Virus record (IMG/VR): IMGVR_UViG_3300049846_002100
Coordinates: 24,942-88,941 of that record
Direction: 5' to 3' (one strand)
DNA length: 64,000 bases
Origin: a virus
The position numbers were made by a program, and so were the translations under genes. The notes beneath the pieces were generated by a model. It searched no databases and was not told where the DNA came from. It saw nothing but the letters and a program-made list of their open reading frames with translations. Below, one piece after another: positions 35,962 to 44,571 of the stretch (position 1 is the stretch's first letter; every line of letters starts with the position of its first letter).

Positions 35962-37289
35962 GTCTTCACCACGATGGTTTGAGCGCCTCTCCGAACATCC
36001 CAGTCATCCGAGTCCACATCGACGTGGATCGGCACTTCAGGGAGAGCGTCTTGGAACTGAGCGGCCATCCGATGAATGGCTTGGCGAAGCGTCGCGTGAA
36101 CCGTCTTCGCCGATCGGATCTCCAGGACGTAGACCGCCGCAGGCAACGCGTACGTCACCTGGCACGGCATCCTGAATCCTAGCGCCGTGTAGTATTGGCG
36201 AACAACAGGGTCATCGGTGACCTGTTCGATCTCGTACGTCTGCTGGACGATGAGATCCATCGCTGTCTGCGCCAAGTACGAGGGGAGCTGGTTGATGTAC
36301 CAGGACTCGAATCCGTATTTCGTCGTGAGCAGCGGCATCCGGCAGACGCCGTTGCGGTGGCGTTGTATATCACGGAAGGAGCCGAAGTCGAGAAGGAACC
36401 GCCAGGTGACCTGGCCGAGCCCTGACATGAAGTGCGGGAGCACGACGCCGCGAGGCCGAGTTGAGATCAGCTCGGAGAACTTGGCCAGCTCGCTGTGGTC
36501 GACAGTCGAGCCGAACTCTGGGCCGTCCGTTGGGAGGTAGGTGCACGTCTCAGCTAGCCTTCTCTCCCATGCTTCTCGTGCGGCCTGCCCTTCCGTCTTC
36601 CTCACACCGGTCACGGACGGGAGGCTCGCGTCGAGACCGCTCGACGGGTACTGCTCGTGGAGAAGCGATCGCAGTGTGTTGCCGATGCGCCGGATCTCCT
36701 CCGAGGGGTGGTTCGTCAGGTGCGTGAGATGGTCCCCGGCCTGACGAAGGTTCGAGTGCCAGGAGAGCTGCGTGGTGATGCCGGCGGGTAGAAACGCACG
36801 CCGGATATCGAACGACCTAGCGTTCACCGCGCGCTCGTAGTTCTCACGCGTCTTCTCTGTCTTCAAGTCCTCGCTCGTCGGTGGGTACTTTTCCCGGATG
36901 AGTTGGACGGTGGGCTCGTGGCTCGCCTTATAGAACTCCATCCATCGACGGAGGATCTCACCAGAGCGGGAGGAGCCGACAGGGTCCTCGATCCGTCGCA
37001 AGCCCATCTTCACGTACCGAGAGGACGTTTCCTGGCCATTGTACAATGGCCAATCCTGGATGGCTTTGGCCGCCAGCATGCTCACGTCTTCGATAAAGAT
37101 CGTTGTACTCCCACAGTCGGCGATGCTCTTGTGACCATAACCCACGACGAAGTTCTCCATGAACTTGCCGGATCCAACCCGTCGAACTTTCTCCAGGTGT
37201 GTGTCTACCGACTCCGCGCTCCGCGAGTACAATGCCTGCAACATTGCGACATCTTCAGGGTTTAGATCATCGATAACTCTGAGCTTCAT
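35958..37289 (-). CDS. thyX: FAD-dependent thymidylate synthase (long, two-repeat ThyX type)
   Basis: ALYSRS, GYGHKSIADC, QETSSRY, FDIRRAFLPAG, LDFGSFRDIQRHR. Confidence 0.88.
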   Translation of the reverse strand: MKLRVIDDLNPEDVAMLQALYSRSAESVDTHLEKVRRVGSGKFMENFVVGYGHKSIADCGSTTIFIEDVSMLAAKAIQDWPLYNGQETSSRYVKMGLRRIEDPVGSSRSGEILRRWMEFYKASHEPTVQLIREKYPPTSEDLKTEKTRENYERAVNARSFDIRRAFLPAGITTQLSWHSNLRQAGDHLTHLTNHPSEEIRRIGNTLRSLLHEQYPSSGLDASLPSVTGVRKTEGQAAREAWERRLAETCTYLPTDGPEFGSTVDHSELAKFSELISTRPRGVVLPHFMSGLGQVTWRFLLDFGSFRDIQRHRNGVCRMPLLTTKYGFESWYINQLPSYLAQTAMDLIVQQTYEIEQVTDDPVVRQYYTALGFRMPCQVTYALPAAVYVLEIRSAKTVHATLRQAIHRMAAQFQDALPEVPIHVDVDSDDWDVRRGAQTIVVKT

Positions 37290-37847
37290 TCAGGCACTCC
37301 CGGGGTTAATATGATTGAAAATCTTCCGAATAAGGCTCAAGAACTCATCGTACGAACGAGAGCCCTTGCAGTTATTACAATCCGTGCAACAAGGCACACA
37401 GTTGCTCAGCACGTACCCAATACTGTTGTTTTTACGGTCGATGCCATTAAACCTATATGACGTGTAGCCCTTGTTGTTGAAAACGATTGTTCGACTTGGG
37501 GCCGCGCCGCAATAATGGCAAGCTGACACAGTCAAACAGTGGAATTCATCCAAGTTCAATCGAAAGAAGAGCCCCCGCTTCTTTGCACTGTGGTGGTATC
37601 TAGATATTAACGCTTTCATACCGCTTACACCATCCGGCGCCCTGCGGTTCTGATTTGTTTCTCGACTCCAACACCCACAGGAAACACACCGTCCCGAGCT
37701 AAGAGTGGCTGCGCTAACTTGATGTTCGGCCCCACAATCACACAAACATGCCCATCGAGCGCTACCCCCACGCTCTTTACCAACGCGATTGGTAACCATA
37801 AGCCGGCCAAACCGCTGGCCAGTTAGATCAACGAAGCGTCCCATCAC
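37290..37847 (-). CDS. Free-standing HNH homing endonuclease (apparently intact)
   Basis: DLTGQRFGRL.V...W.C.CDCG...SCGC; CHYCG...NGIDRKNNSIGYVLSNCVPCCTDCNNCKG; more AT-rich than its flanks. Confidence 0.88.
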   Translation of the reverse strand: MMGRFVDLTGQRFGRLMVTNRVGKERGGSARWACLCDCGAEHQVSAATLSSGRCVSCGCWSRETNQNRRAPDGVSGMKALISRYHHSAKKRGLFFRLNLDEFHCLTVSACHYCGAAPSRTIVFNNKGYTSYRFNGIDRKNNSIGYVLSNCVPCCTDCNNCKGSRSYDEFLSLIRKIFNHINPGSA

Positions 37848-37854
37848 GCCCCTT

Positions 37855-38448
37855 TCACTTCAGGGGACACAAGGCGCGCACCCCGTTGATCACCTCTTGC
37901 CAATTCGCGACACGAACGCCGATGTTTTCGGATCGCGTATGGGGGTAATCCCACAGCATGCCGGTGCCGTGCGGGTGGTGTTCCAACCACTTCTCGATGT
38001 TCAGAGGCTTGTCATCGACGAGCACATCACCCACGACTACATACTTGGCCGCGGTGTGGACCGTGTGAGGTATGTCGATCTGAAAGTGCTCGCGAAGCCA
38101 GAGTGTTCGTTCATACACCCACGTTTCCGTGTGGTACGGCGAGGTTACGACGTAGACATCGCAAAAAGACTGAAGCTCGCGGACTGCCTCGACGGCCCCT
38201 TCGGTCGGCTTGATGGACCAACACCATCCTGGCTTTTCCAGCTCTCCGAGGACGGTGTCTCTGAACTCTGCGGGGATGGCGGCGAATAGGTCCCACGACG
38301 AGAAGTCGTGAATGGCCCAAGCCCGCTTCGTGTGGTGTGAGAGTATCTGAAGAAACGGCGTGGTGAAGTCCCCAAGGACATCATCAACGTCCAGGAGCAC
38401 CCTCTTCCGAGCCCGACTTCGGACAGTCCTGTGAGTCGCTTGGTGCAT
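37855..38448 (-). CDS. 5'(3')-deoxyribonucleotidase (NT5C, HAD family)
   Basis: LLDVDDVLGDF, VVTSP, WLREHF, GDVLVDDK. Confidence 0.88.
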   Translation of the reverse strand: MHQATHRTVRSRARKRVLLDVDDVLGDFTTPFLQILSHHTKRAWAIHDFSSWDLFAAIPAEFRDTVLGELEKPGWCWSIKPTEGAVEAVRELQSFCDVYVVTSPYHTETWVYERTLWLREHFQIDIPHTVHTAAKYVVVGDVLVDDKPLNIEKWLEHHPHGTGMLWDYPHTRSENIGVRVANWQEVINGVRALCPLK

Positions 38449-38494
38449 GCATCACTCCACGCCCACCGGGAACCTAGGGAGTGATGTCTCTGGT

Positions 38495-38758
38495 TCAGCC
38501 GGCGAGCTGAAGGGCTCCTACACCGAGAAAGACGTAACCATGTCGAACACCACACCGCGACGACTCACTCGGCGTGAGGTGCCGAAGCAAACCCTCAGTC
38601 ACGAGGCTTTCCAACAGCTTTTCCGTCTCAGCGAGGGTCGCCCACCATCCAAGGTGCATAGCGACAGCACCAATGAGTAACGGCCGGGAGGCATTACGCG
38701 CGTACTCCAACACGAGGCGGCGGACTTCATGAGGGGCGGGACGGGTCGTCTTCAACAT
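38495..38758 (-). CDS. Small winged-helix-like protein
   Basis: IGAVAMHLG...ETEKLLESLVTEGLL. Confidence 0.5.
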   Translation of the reverse strand: MLKTTRPAPHEVRRLVLEYARNASRPLLIGAVAMHLGWWATLAETEKLLESLVTEGLLRHLTPSESSRCGVRHGYVFLGVGALQLAG

Positions 38759-39014
38759 AGGCTTCCTCCGACGGCAGAACGTGGTCTGTGGCCGTGGGAA
38801 GCTGCCCCACGGCCATTTCGGGAGGTACCGTCTCAAGTGAGTCGAGACGGTACTCCTTAATGATCCGTATACCTTCACCGAGGAGGCCAGTGCGGAACGA
38901 CTCGATGTCGTCGATCGTAGTGTTGAATGTGTTGCAACCCCGCTCCAACACTACCCTTATCGAGGGTAGTGTGATCTCACCAGGGGACCACACGACAAAC
39001 GAGTAGAAGCCCAT
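38727..39014 (-). CDS. Small hypothetical protein
   Basis: 95 aa ORF in operon orientation. Confidence 0.5.
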   Translation of the reverse strand: MGFYSFVVWSPGEITLPSIRVVLERGCNTFNTTIDDIESFRTGLLGEGIRIIKEYRLDSLETVPPEMAVGQLPTATDHVLPSEEAYVEDDPSRPS

Positions 39015-39043
39015 CGGTTCATAACCCTTCCGTCACAAGAGGA

Positions 39044-40213
39044 TTAGTTGAGAAGCTCGGCGACGGCGGTCACTGGGGCCTCATAGGGGATGACTACCAC
39101 GCGCGTAGGATCGAACCACAGCGTGAAGTCAACCTTACAGAGAATCTCCCAACGGTCATGAATCTCCCTTGAACCGCAGTTATATGTCGTCTCGTCGAGG
39201 ACAACCCAGGCCGCGTTGGGCAAGATCCCAATAGGGTGCCGAACACCCTCGACCACGAGGACGTTCGCGTAGGGACGGGCCTTGCGAATAACCGGCGCTG
39301 CATCCGGTGAGACGACCCAAAAGGCGGTCTCTGGTAAGGCGGTCTCGTTCAGCTCGGCGTTGGACTCGATGGGGTCGGCAACCTGCAAGGCCGCGGCGGC
39401 GAATTGAGCAGCAAGGTCCCGGACGAGCTTTGCGCCGAATACGGGCAGCGCCGCCGCCACCCGATCATGGTGGAGGTTCACCGCCTTCAGATCCGCGATC
39501 GGAGCCTTGTGGAACCCTTCCAACACACCGCACACGTCCGAGAGGCCGGCTTCTGTCGGCCTCTCGGAGACGATCGGTACATGCTTGAGGAAATCGGCCG
39601 CCGCACCCCGAACATGGTCGTGAAGGATGCGCGGCAAGGACTCGCGAATGTCGGTGACGATACCCTTCCGACCCATTCGAGTGATCGGCCGGAACATGGG
39701 ATCGTCGATGCGAACGAGGGGGTTATCGGCATAACGCTGCTGCACCTCGGCAAGCAGCTTCTTCTCTCGTTCGTTCTCATGTTCCTGCATGATCAGAAAC
39801 GCTTCCAGGTCCGGCCTGAGCCGCGGAAGCGACTGCACCATGCGGCCGTCTTCACGCGCGACCGGCGCCGGCGTCCACAAATGCTCGTCGACGACCTTGG
39901 CGATGGCGCGGCCGGTCTCGCGAGAAATGAGAAGAAGCCCGTCGCCCACTTGGAGATACTCATCCGCGAGGTAGCGAGCTACGTCACGAACCTCTTCGAT
40001 GGGCTTGTCGAACTGCTCGGAGAAGCGGCCCGCAACCTCCTCCGCAAGCTTCTCGGCCGACCAGCCCTCTTTGCGAGCCTGGACGAACACGTGCTGTGTT
40101 GCATCGCTTGTTTGCACTGCCTGACGTGCGGCAAACAGGTCGGGTGCCGGCGGGTCCGCCGACGAGAGGACCGTTACCTGAACCCGGGCTAGAGCGTTCT
40201 CTTCGGAATTCAT
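39044..40213 (-). CDS. Hypothetical protein
   Basis: About 389 aa, starting 1 nt after the AAA+ stop. Confidence 0.7.
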   Translation of the reverse strand: MNSEENALARVQVTVLSSADPPAPDLFAARQAVQTSDATQHVFVQARKEGWSAEKLAEEVAGRFSEQFDKPIEEVRDVARYLADEYLQVGDGLLLISRETGRAIAKVVDEHLWTPAPVAREDGRMVQSLPRLRPDLEAFLIMQEHENEREKKLLAEVQQRYADNPLVRIDDPMFRPITRMGRKGIVTDIRESLPRILHDHVRGAAADFLKHVPIVSERPTEAGLSDVCGVLEGFHKAPIADLKAVNLHHDRVAAALPVFGAKLVRDLAAQFAAAALQVADPIESNAELNETALPETAFWVVSPDAAPVIRKARPYANVLVVEGVRHPIGILPNAAWVVLDETTYNCGSREIHDRWEILCKVDFTLWFDPTRVVVIPYEAPVTAVAELLN

Positions 40214-40214
40214 C

Positions 40215-43160
40215 TCACACCTTCTGGACGAACTTGAACGAGCCCTCGTTGCGGTTGGGCTCAGACGCGAACCGCGCGCGGATCCCATCATCCACGCCCT
40301 CGTCGTACCCCACCCATTCAAGAACCGCGCGGACCTCGTCCACCATGGTCTTAACGATGCGGGGCTTCTTCTCCAGCGTTTGGCCGAGGATGCCCTCATC
40401 GAGGCAAGGCATTCTCTCGTTGAAAGACTCGATCAGGGCTGCGTTGAGCGCTTGCTCGATCTCGCGCCCGACCATGTTGTTGGCCTTCTCCGCGAGGTCG
40501 GCCAAATTGTAGTCCTCCGGGCTCTGATTGGCTTTACGCAAGTGGATCTTGAGGATGTCGATCCGCTCTTGCGTGGAGGGGAGGTCGAAGAAGAACCGCT
40601 CATCCATACGGTTCACGAACTCGACCGGCAGAGTAGACAACGAGTTGGCAGTCATGACGAGGCAGACCTGCGCCTTCGTCTCCTGGATCCAGGTAGAGAG
40701 GATGCCGACGACGCGAGCAACAGTGCCCGCATCGCTCTGAGAGCTGGAGTGGGTGCCTGCGAAGCTCTTCTCGGCCTCGTCAACCCAGACGATACAGTTG
40801 TGTGTGACTAGACCATTGGCGATGAAGGAATGTGTGTCATCTCCTTCACATGCAAGGTCATACACATCTTGGTTACCCACCGATTCAACGCTGGTAACCT
40901 TGACCCAACGACACTCGGCATCGAGAAGGTGTTGGAGATCCGCCCCTGCATCTCCGAAGATACGAGCGTAATTCTTCAGGTGTCTCTCACTCACCGGCAC
41001 GTGCCCGTTTTCATAGGACCAAGTCACACCGCTTGAAACATCGATGTTCTCCCACATAACACCCGAAGCTTTACGAACGTCGTGCAGAAGACGACCACAT
41101 GCGAAACCCATACCTCGATCGAAGCCGATCTCGGAGGAGGTTACGTGTGTAGCTTTGACGTTCTTCTCAATCAAGAACTCCTTGAGAATCGCTGCCAGTG
41201 CAACGGCACGGGTACCGGTGACTTCCAAATTTGGCATGTCAAACTTTGAAGGTACAACTCCCAAAGACTGGATTAGCTGGCGTGCCAGAAGTTGACGAGC
41301 GTGCCATTGCATCGAATGCTTAACAGAGAGAGAAATCTTATCGGGTTGGATACACCCGTCTGCATCGATCCACCCAGCAACGAACGCCGCCCGTACCTGA
41401 GGTGGGGCGGATAGAATGCTCTCGCGTGCCGACCGTAGAAACTCAGCCGCAAGCTGATTCACGACAACGGTCGTCCAACATGGTTTGAAGTCTGGGTCTT
41501 TGCTCAAACCATGCAGGGGTGGCAGCTCCGTTTGATCATGAAGGTAACGTTTAGGTTCGATACCGAAACTCTCTGAGACAACGCGTTCGAAAGCCCCTAA
41601 CAGTACCGTAGAGGTGTTCGTGAACCCGATTCCATCGTTTGCCCCAATAAAACCATCGCCTTCAAGGGCTCCGAGGACCCAACCCAGATCAGTAGACCAT
41701 CTTACCGGTAATCGTGGTACGACGGCATCACGGAACCCACCGCCCCCACGGCGGAATTCAACTTCCCCGTTCCGGTCGTAAACACGCATCCCCTTCGGAT
41801 GGAACCGAACACAATCCTCGTTGCCTTCGTACTTGGCCGTAGGTACTGCCATCATATCGCCGGGTGACAGCTCATCCGTACGAACCCACTCGGGCATCCC
41901 GCCACGCATCACATAGTGGAGGTGGTTTGCCGTCGCATTCACATAAAAACCGTTGGCAGCTTCTACCCGAAATGCCTCTGCCTTTCGGCGCGTGACGGTA
42001 TGTACCCGTGTGGTCTCAACTCGAAGTGTTCGCTCATTCCAGCATTGGACATGCAGCTCCTCATTGGATCCAGAGACGCTATCTTCCCAGAGAGAAGCAA
42101 TGGGTCTGCATGTGCCGTCTGCGAGAGTGACCAGTGTTTCCCCGGTCACACACGGAGCGAGGGATTCGATGATCCGGAGAGCGCGATACGCGTTGCTCTC
42201 GGATTCGCCGACACGCCCGCCTTGCAGGCGACCAAGCTCCAACTGGACTACGGGAAGACCCCACAGAGACCCAAGGCACTTCGTCGCGAGGCTCTTGCCG
42301 CAGCCCCACACGCCGACGCAGAGGACACCTCGGGGAGGTTTGAGCCCGTAAAGCTTGCCTTCAGGCGTCCAACAGGCACGAGTCTTCTTCGCCCATGTCT
42401 TGAACCTGTGCGTACCGCCCAAGTCACCCATCGTGAACTTGGTCGTGTCCACGTACTGAAGCAGGTCAGTTTTGTGGATCTGACGCCGACGGAACTCCAG
42501 GATGTGGGCTGGATCGATCCGAGGGTTATCGGGGTCTTCTTCGCGAGTGCGAATCACCGATTGAGCGATGGCGCTGTGAATCTCGAACCGCGTGAGACCC
42601 CTGAAGAGATCGGAGATCCCGGGAGGCACGGGCATGGTCATCTTGCTTGCGGCCACGCGGATGATCTCTTCGATCTCCTTCTCGCCCGGGCCGGGATCGT
42701 GGACGACGCTGATGTACCGCTGAAGGTTGTGGGGGATGAATTTTTGGGACCCCACGAAGATCAACATCTTGATCGTGTGCACGTTGTTGTGCACCTGGTG
42801 AATGAAGTTGAGCACACGACGCTGCACGTGCTCATCCCGCAACCACCGCTCGGGGTCAGTGATGATGTAGAAGTTGACCTCCTCCTTTGGATCGGCCTTG
42901 TAGGCTTCAATCAGGAGATCGTGGATGTCCTTCCCGCTGTCCTTGTGTTGTTGCGACTTCCAATCGCCAATGTGTTCGGAGAGCGGTCGGATGCCGAACG
43001 CCGCGTTGAACACCCAGATGTTCTTCGCGCTCTTCTTCAGGCTGCTCGCGAGAGAGATGAGCGCTTGGTCTTCTTCGTCGGTGACGTAGTAGATGACGCG
43101 GGTGAGGGACCGGATGAGAAATAGGAGGTCGGACTTCTCGGATGCCTTGTCGGATGCCAT
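40215..43160 (-). CDS. Ycf46-like AAA+ ATPase with one intein
   Basis: Inactive N-terminal AAA-like domain (VTDEED), GVWGCGKS Walker A, GESESN, IVWVDEAEK Walker B, TANS, RMDERFFFDLP. Confidence 0.88.
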   Translation of the reverse strand: MASDKASEKSDLLFLIRSLTRVIYYVTDEEDQALISLASSLKKSAKNIWVFNAAFGIRPLSEHIGDWKSQQHKDSGKDIHDLLIEAYKADPKEEVNFYIITDPERWLRDEHVQRRVLNFIHQVHNNVHTIKMLIFVGSQKFIPHNLQRYISVVHDPGPGEKEIEEIIRVAASKMTMPVPPGISDLFRGLTRFEIHSAIAQSVIRTREEDPDNPRIDPAHILEFRRRQIHKTDLLQYVDTTKFTMGDLGGTHRFKTWAKKTRACWTPEGKLYGLKPPRGVLCVGVWGCGKSLATKCLGSLWGLPVVQLELGRLQGGRVGESESNAYRALRIIESLAPCVTGETLVTLADGTCRPIASLWEDSVSGSNEELHVQCWNERTLRVETTRVHTVTRRKAEAFRVEAANGFYVNATANHLHYVMRGGMPEWVRTDELSPGDMMAVPTAKYEGNEDCVRFHPKGMRVYDRNGEVEFRRGGGGFRDAVVPRLPVRWSTDLGWVLGALEGDGFIGANDGIGFTNTSTVLLGAFERVVSESFGIEPKRYLHDQTELPPLHGLSKDPDFKPCWTTVVVNQLAAEFLRSARESILSAPPQVRAAFVAGWIDADGCIQPDKISLSVKHSMQWHARQLLARQLIQSLGVVPSKFDMPNLEVTGTRAVALAAILKEFLIEKNVKATHVTSSEIGFDRGMGFACGRLLHDVRKASGVMWENIDVSSGVTWSYENGHVPVSERHLKNYARIFGDAGADLQHLLDAECRWVKVTSVESVGNQDVYDLACEGDDTHSFIANGLVTHNCIVWVDEAEKSFAGTHSSSQSDAGTVARVVGILSTWIQETKAQVCLVMTANSLSTLPVEFVNRMDERFFFDLPSTQERIDILKIHLRKANQSPEDYNLADLAEKANNMVGREIEQALNAALIESFNERMPCLDEGILGQTLEKKPRIVKTMVDEVRAVLEWVGYDEGVDDGIRARFASEPNRNEGSFKFVQKV
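40797..42152 (-). mobile_element. Intein (452 aa) with LAGLIDADG endonuclease in the AAA+ ATPase
   Basis: AP|CVTGETLV...GLVTHN|CIVWVDE; LGALEGDG and FVAGWIDADG. Confidence 0.92.
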
Positions 43161-43171
43161 CGAGAGGGCTC

Positions 43172-43177
43172 TACACC
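43172..43177 (-). promoter_or_regulatory. GGTGTA motif upstream of the AAA+ ATPase
   Basis: CCGGTGTAGAG, 11 nt before ATG 43160. Confidence 0.7.
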
Positions 43178-43213
43178 GGGCACTACGCACTCAACGCAAT
43201 GCCGGGGAAAGAG

Positions 43214-43537
43214 TCACCCGATCTGGTAGAGAAGCTCGACTTCTCCGTTCTGATTCACCTTGCGCGATTCGATCCGGCCACCCTGCTTCCGGATCTCGTT
43301 GCTCAGAAGCGCCTCAGCGTAGTGCATCTTGAGCTGGTTCACCTTGCCACCGGCATGGTAGTCGGTGTCCCCGTCGAAAGTCCCCGTCTTCGTGTTCAGA
43401 GTGCCCCGCGTGAGCGGGCCCGTCATGAACGTGAGGACCGCGTCCTTCTCGGTGAACTTCCAACCCGCGGCTTCGCAAGCCTGCTTTGCGACGGCGAGAT
43501 CGGTGATTTCGGTTTCAGTGGTGATTCGATGAGACAT
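43214..43537 (-). CDS. DUF1257 (Ycf35)-like protein
   Basis: MSHRITTETEITD...AC...GW...QLKMHYA...QGG..ES..NQNGEVEL; adjacent to a Ycf46-like AAA+. Confidence 0.7.
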   Translation of the reverse strand: MSHRITTETEITDLAVAKQACEAAGWKFTEKDAVLTFMTGPLTRGTLNTKTGTFDGDTDYHAGGKVNQLKMHYAEALLSNEIRKQGGRIESRKVNQNGEVELLYQIG

Positions 43538-43568
43538 GAGTTGCTCCGTGATGGCGAGGAGTGGAAGG

Positions 43569-43739
43569 TCACTTGTCGACGGTACGGGTGTTCTCACACT
43601 CAGGGCCGATCTCATCGTCCGAGAGCTGCTTGCCCAGGCGTCGCGTCACTTGGTAGACCTTGCTGCACAGGTGCTCCTGGCGGTCCACGACTTGGTTGAC
43701 CACGGTGCCGTCTTTCTTGATCGTCGCTTTGATCTTCAT
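43569..43739 (-). CDS. DUF2997-like small protein
   Basis: KIKATIKKDGTV...C...T..LG...PE. Confidence 0.65.
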   Translation of the reverse strand: MKIKATIKKDGTVVNQVVDRQEHLCSKVYQVTRRLGKQLSDDEIGPECENTRTVDK

Positions 43740-43797
43740 ACGGGACTCCTTCGAGTGCTCCCTATACACCAAGGTATAAGCCCACCCTTGACTACCC

Positions 43798-44544
43798 TCA
43801 CTTGCCGAGCTTGATTCGAGCACCCCTCTGAACGACCTTGCCACCGCCCTCAGTGGTCTGACCTTCGGGGGTCGCACGAGGAGGCGATGCCGACCAAGGG
43901 TCAGCTTTTGGCGGCGGTGCCGCTGTCGCGCCCCCCAACATTCGACCCGATTGGGAAGGGGAATTGAGTACGTTCAGCCTGGTAGGCGACGCCTTGACCG
44001 TGGACGGCGCAGGCGGTGTTCCCGGACCCGTGGGAGCCACCGGGAGAGGCTTCGGAGGGCTCGGCGGGGTGTCAACAGCCGTAGAGGTTGCAACCGTTTC
44101 TGCGGGCACGGGGAAGCCGGGGGGCACCATGGCCGCTTGAGGTAAAGGTGCTGCACCCCCACCCTCGGATCCCCCATCGTCCGAAGGTACAGGCGGACGC
44201 ATTGGAACGAAGGCGCTAGCGGACACGGCTAACGGGGCCGGTTCGGGCTCTGTGAGCGCCCTCGGGTCTACCCAACCGCTCGATATCGACGGTACCGGAC
44301 CTGTCTCGATGGTCATGAACCCCTGGCGCGAAAGAGTCGGGTACCGCGGGTCGTTGATCGACATCCGCGGTACCTGCGTGAACATTCGCTCCAGCCAGTT
44401 TGTCACTCGGTCATCGAAAGTGGACGCACCGTACAGGGCTCGCGTGCACTCACGGCTGTGGCAGCGCTTACAACACGACTCCGTGAAGATGTGCTCGGGG
44501 GCACCGTCGACATTGCATTCAGCGTATTGATCGCGCTTTTGCAT
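43798..44544 (-). CDS. Hypothetical protein, Cys-rich N-terminus and Pro-rich tail
   Basis: ECN...CCKRCHSRECTRA; low-complexity C-half. Confidence 0.6.
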   Translation of the reverse strand: MQKRDQYAECNVDGAPEHIFTESCCKRCHSRECTRALYGASTFDDRVTNWLERMFTQVPRMSINDPRYPTLSRQGFMTIETGPVPSISSGWVDPRALTEPEPAPLAVSASAFVPMRPPVPSDDGGSEGGGAAPLPQAAMVPPGFPVPAETVATSTAVDTPPSPPKPLPVAPTGPGTPPAPSTVKASPTRLNVLNSPSQSGRMLGGATAAPPPKADPWSASPPRATPEGQTTEGGGKVVQRGARIKLGK

Positions 44545-44571
44545 GTCTCGATTTTAGCCTCTGAAAGACCC

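Noticed and set aside
39044-40213. Capsid-protein-like paralog
   Set aside because: Only a vague resemblance at the C-terminus; not supportable without a profile or structure search.
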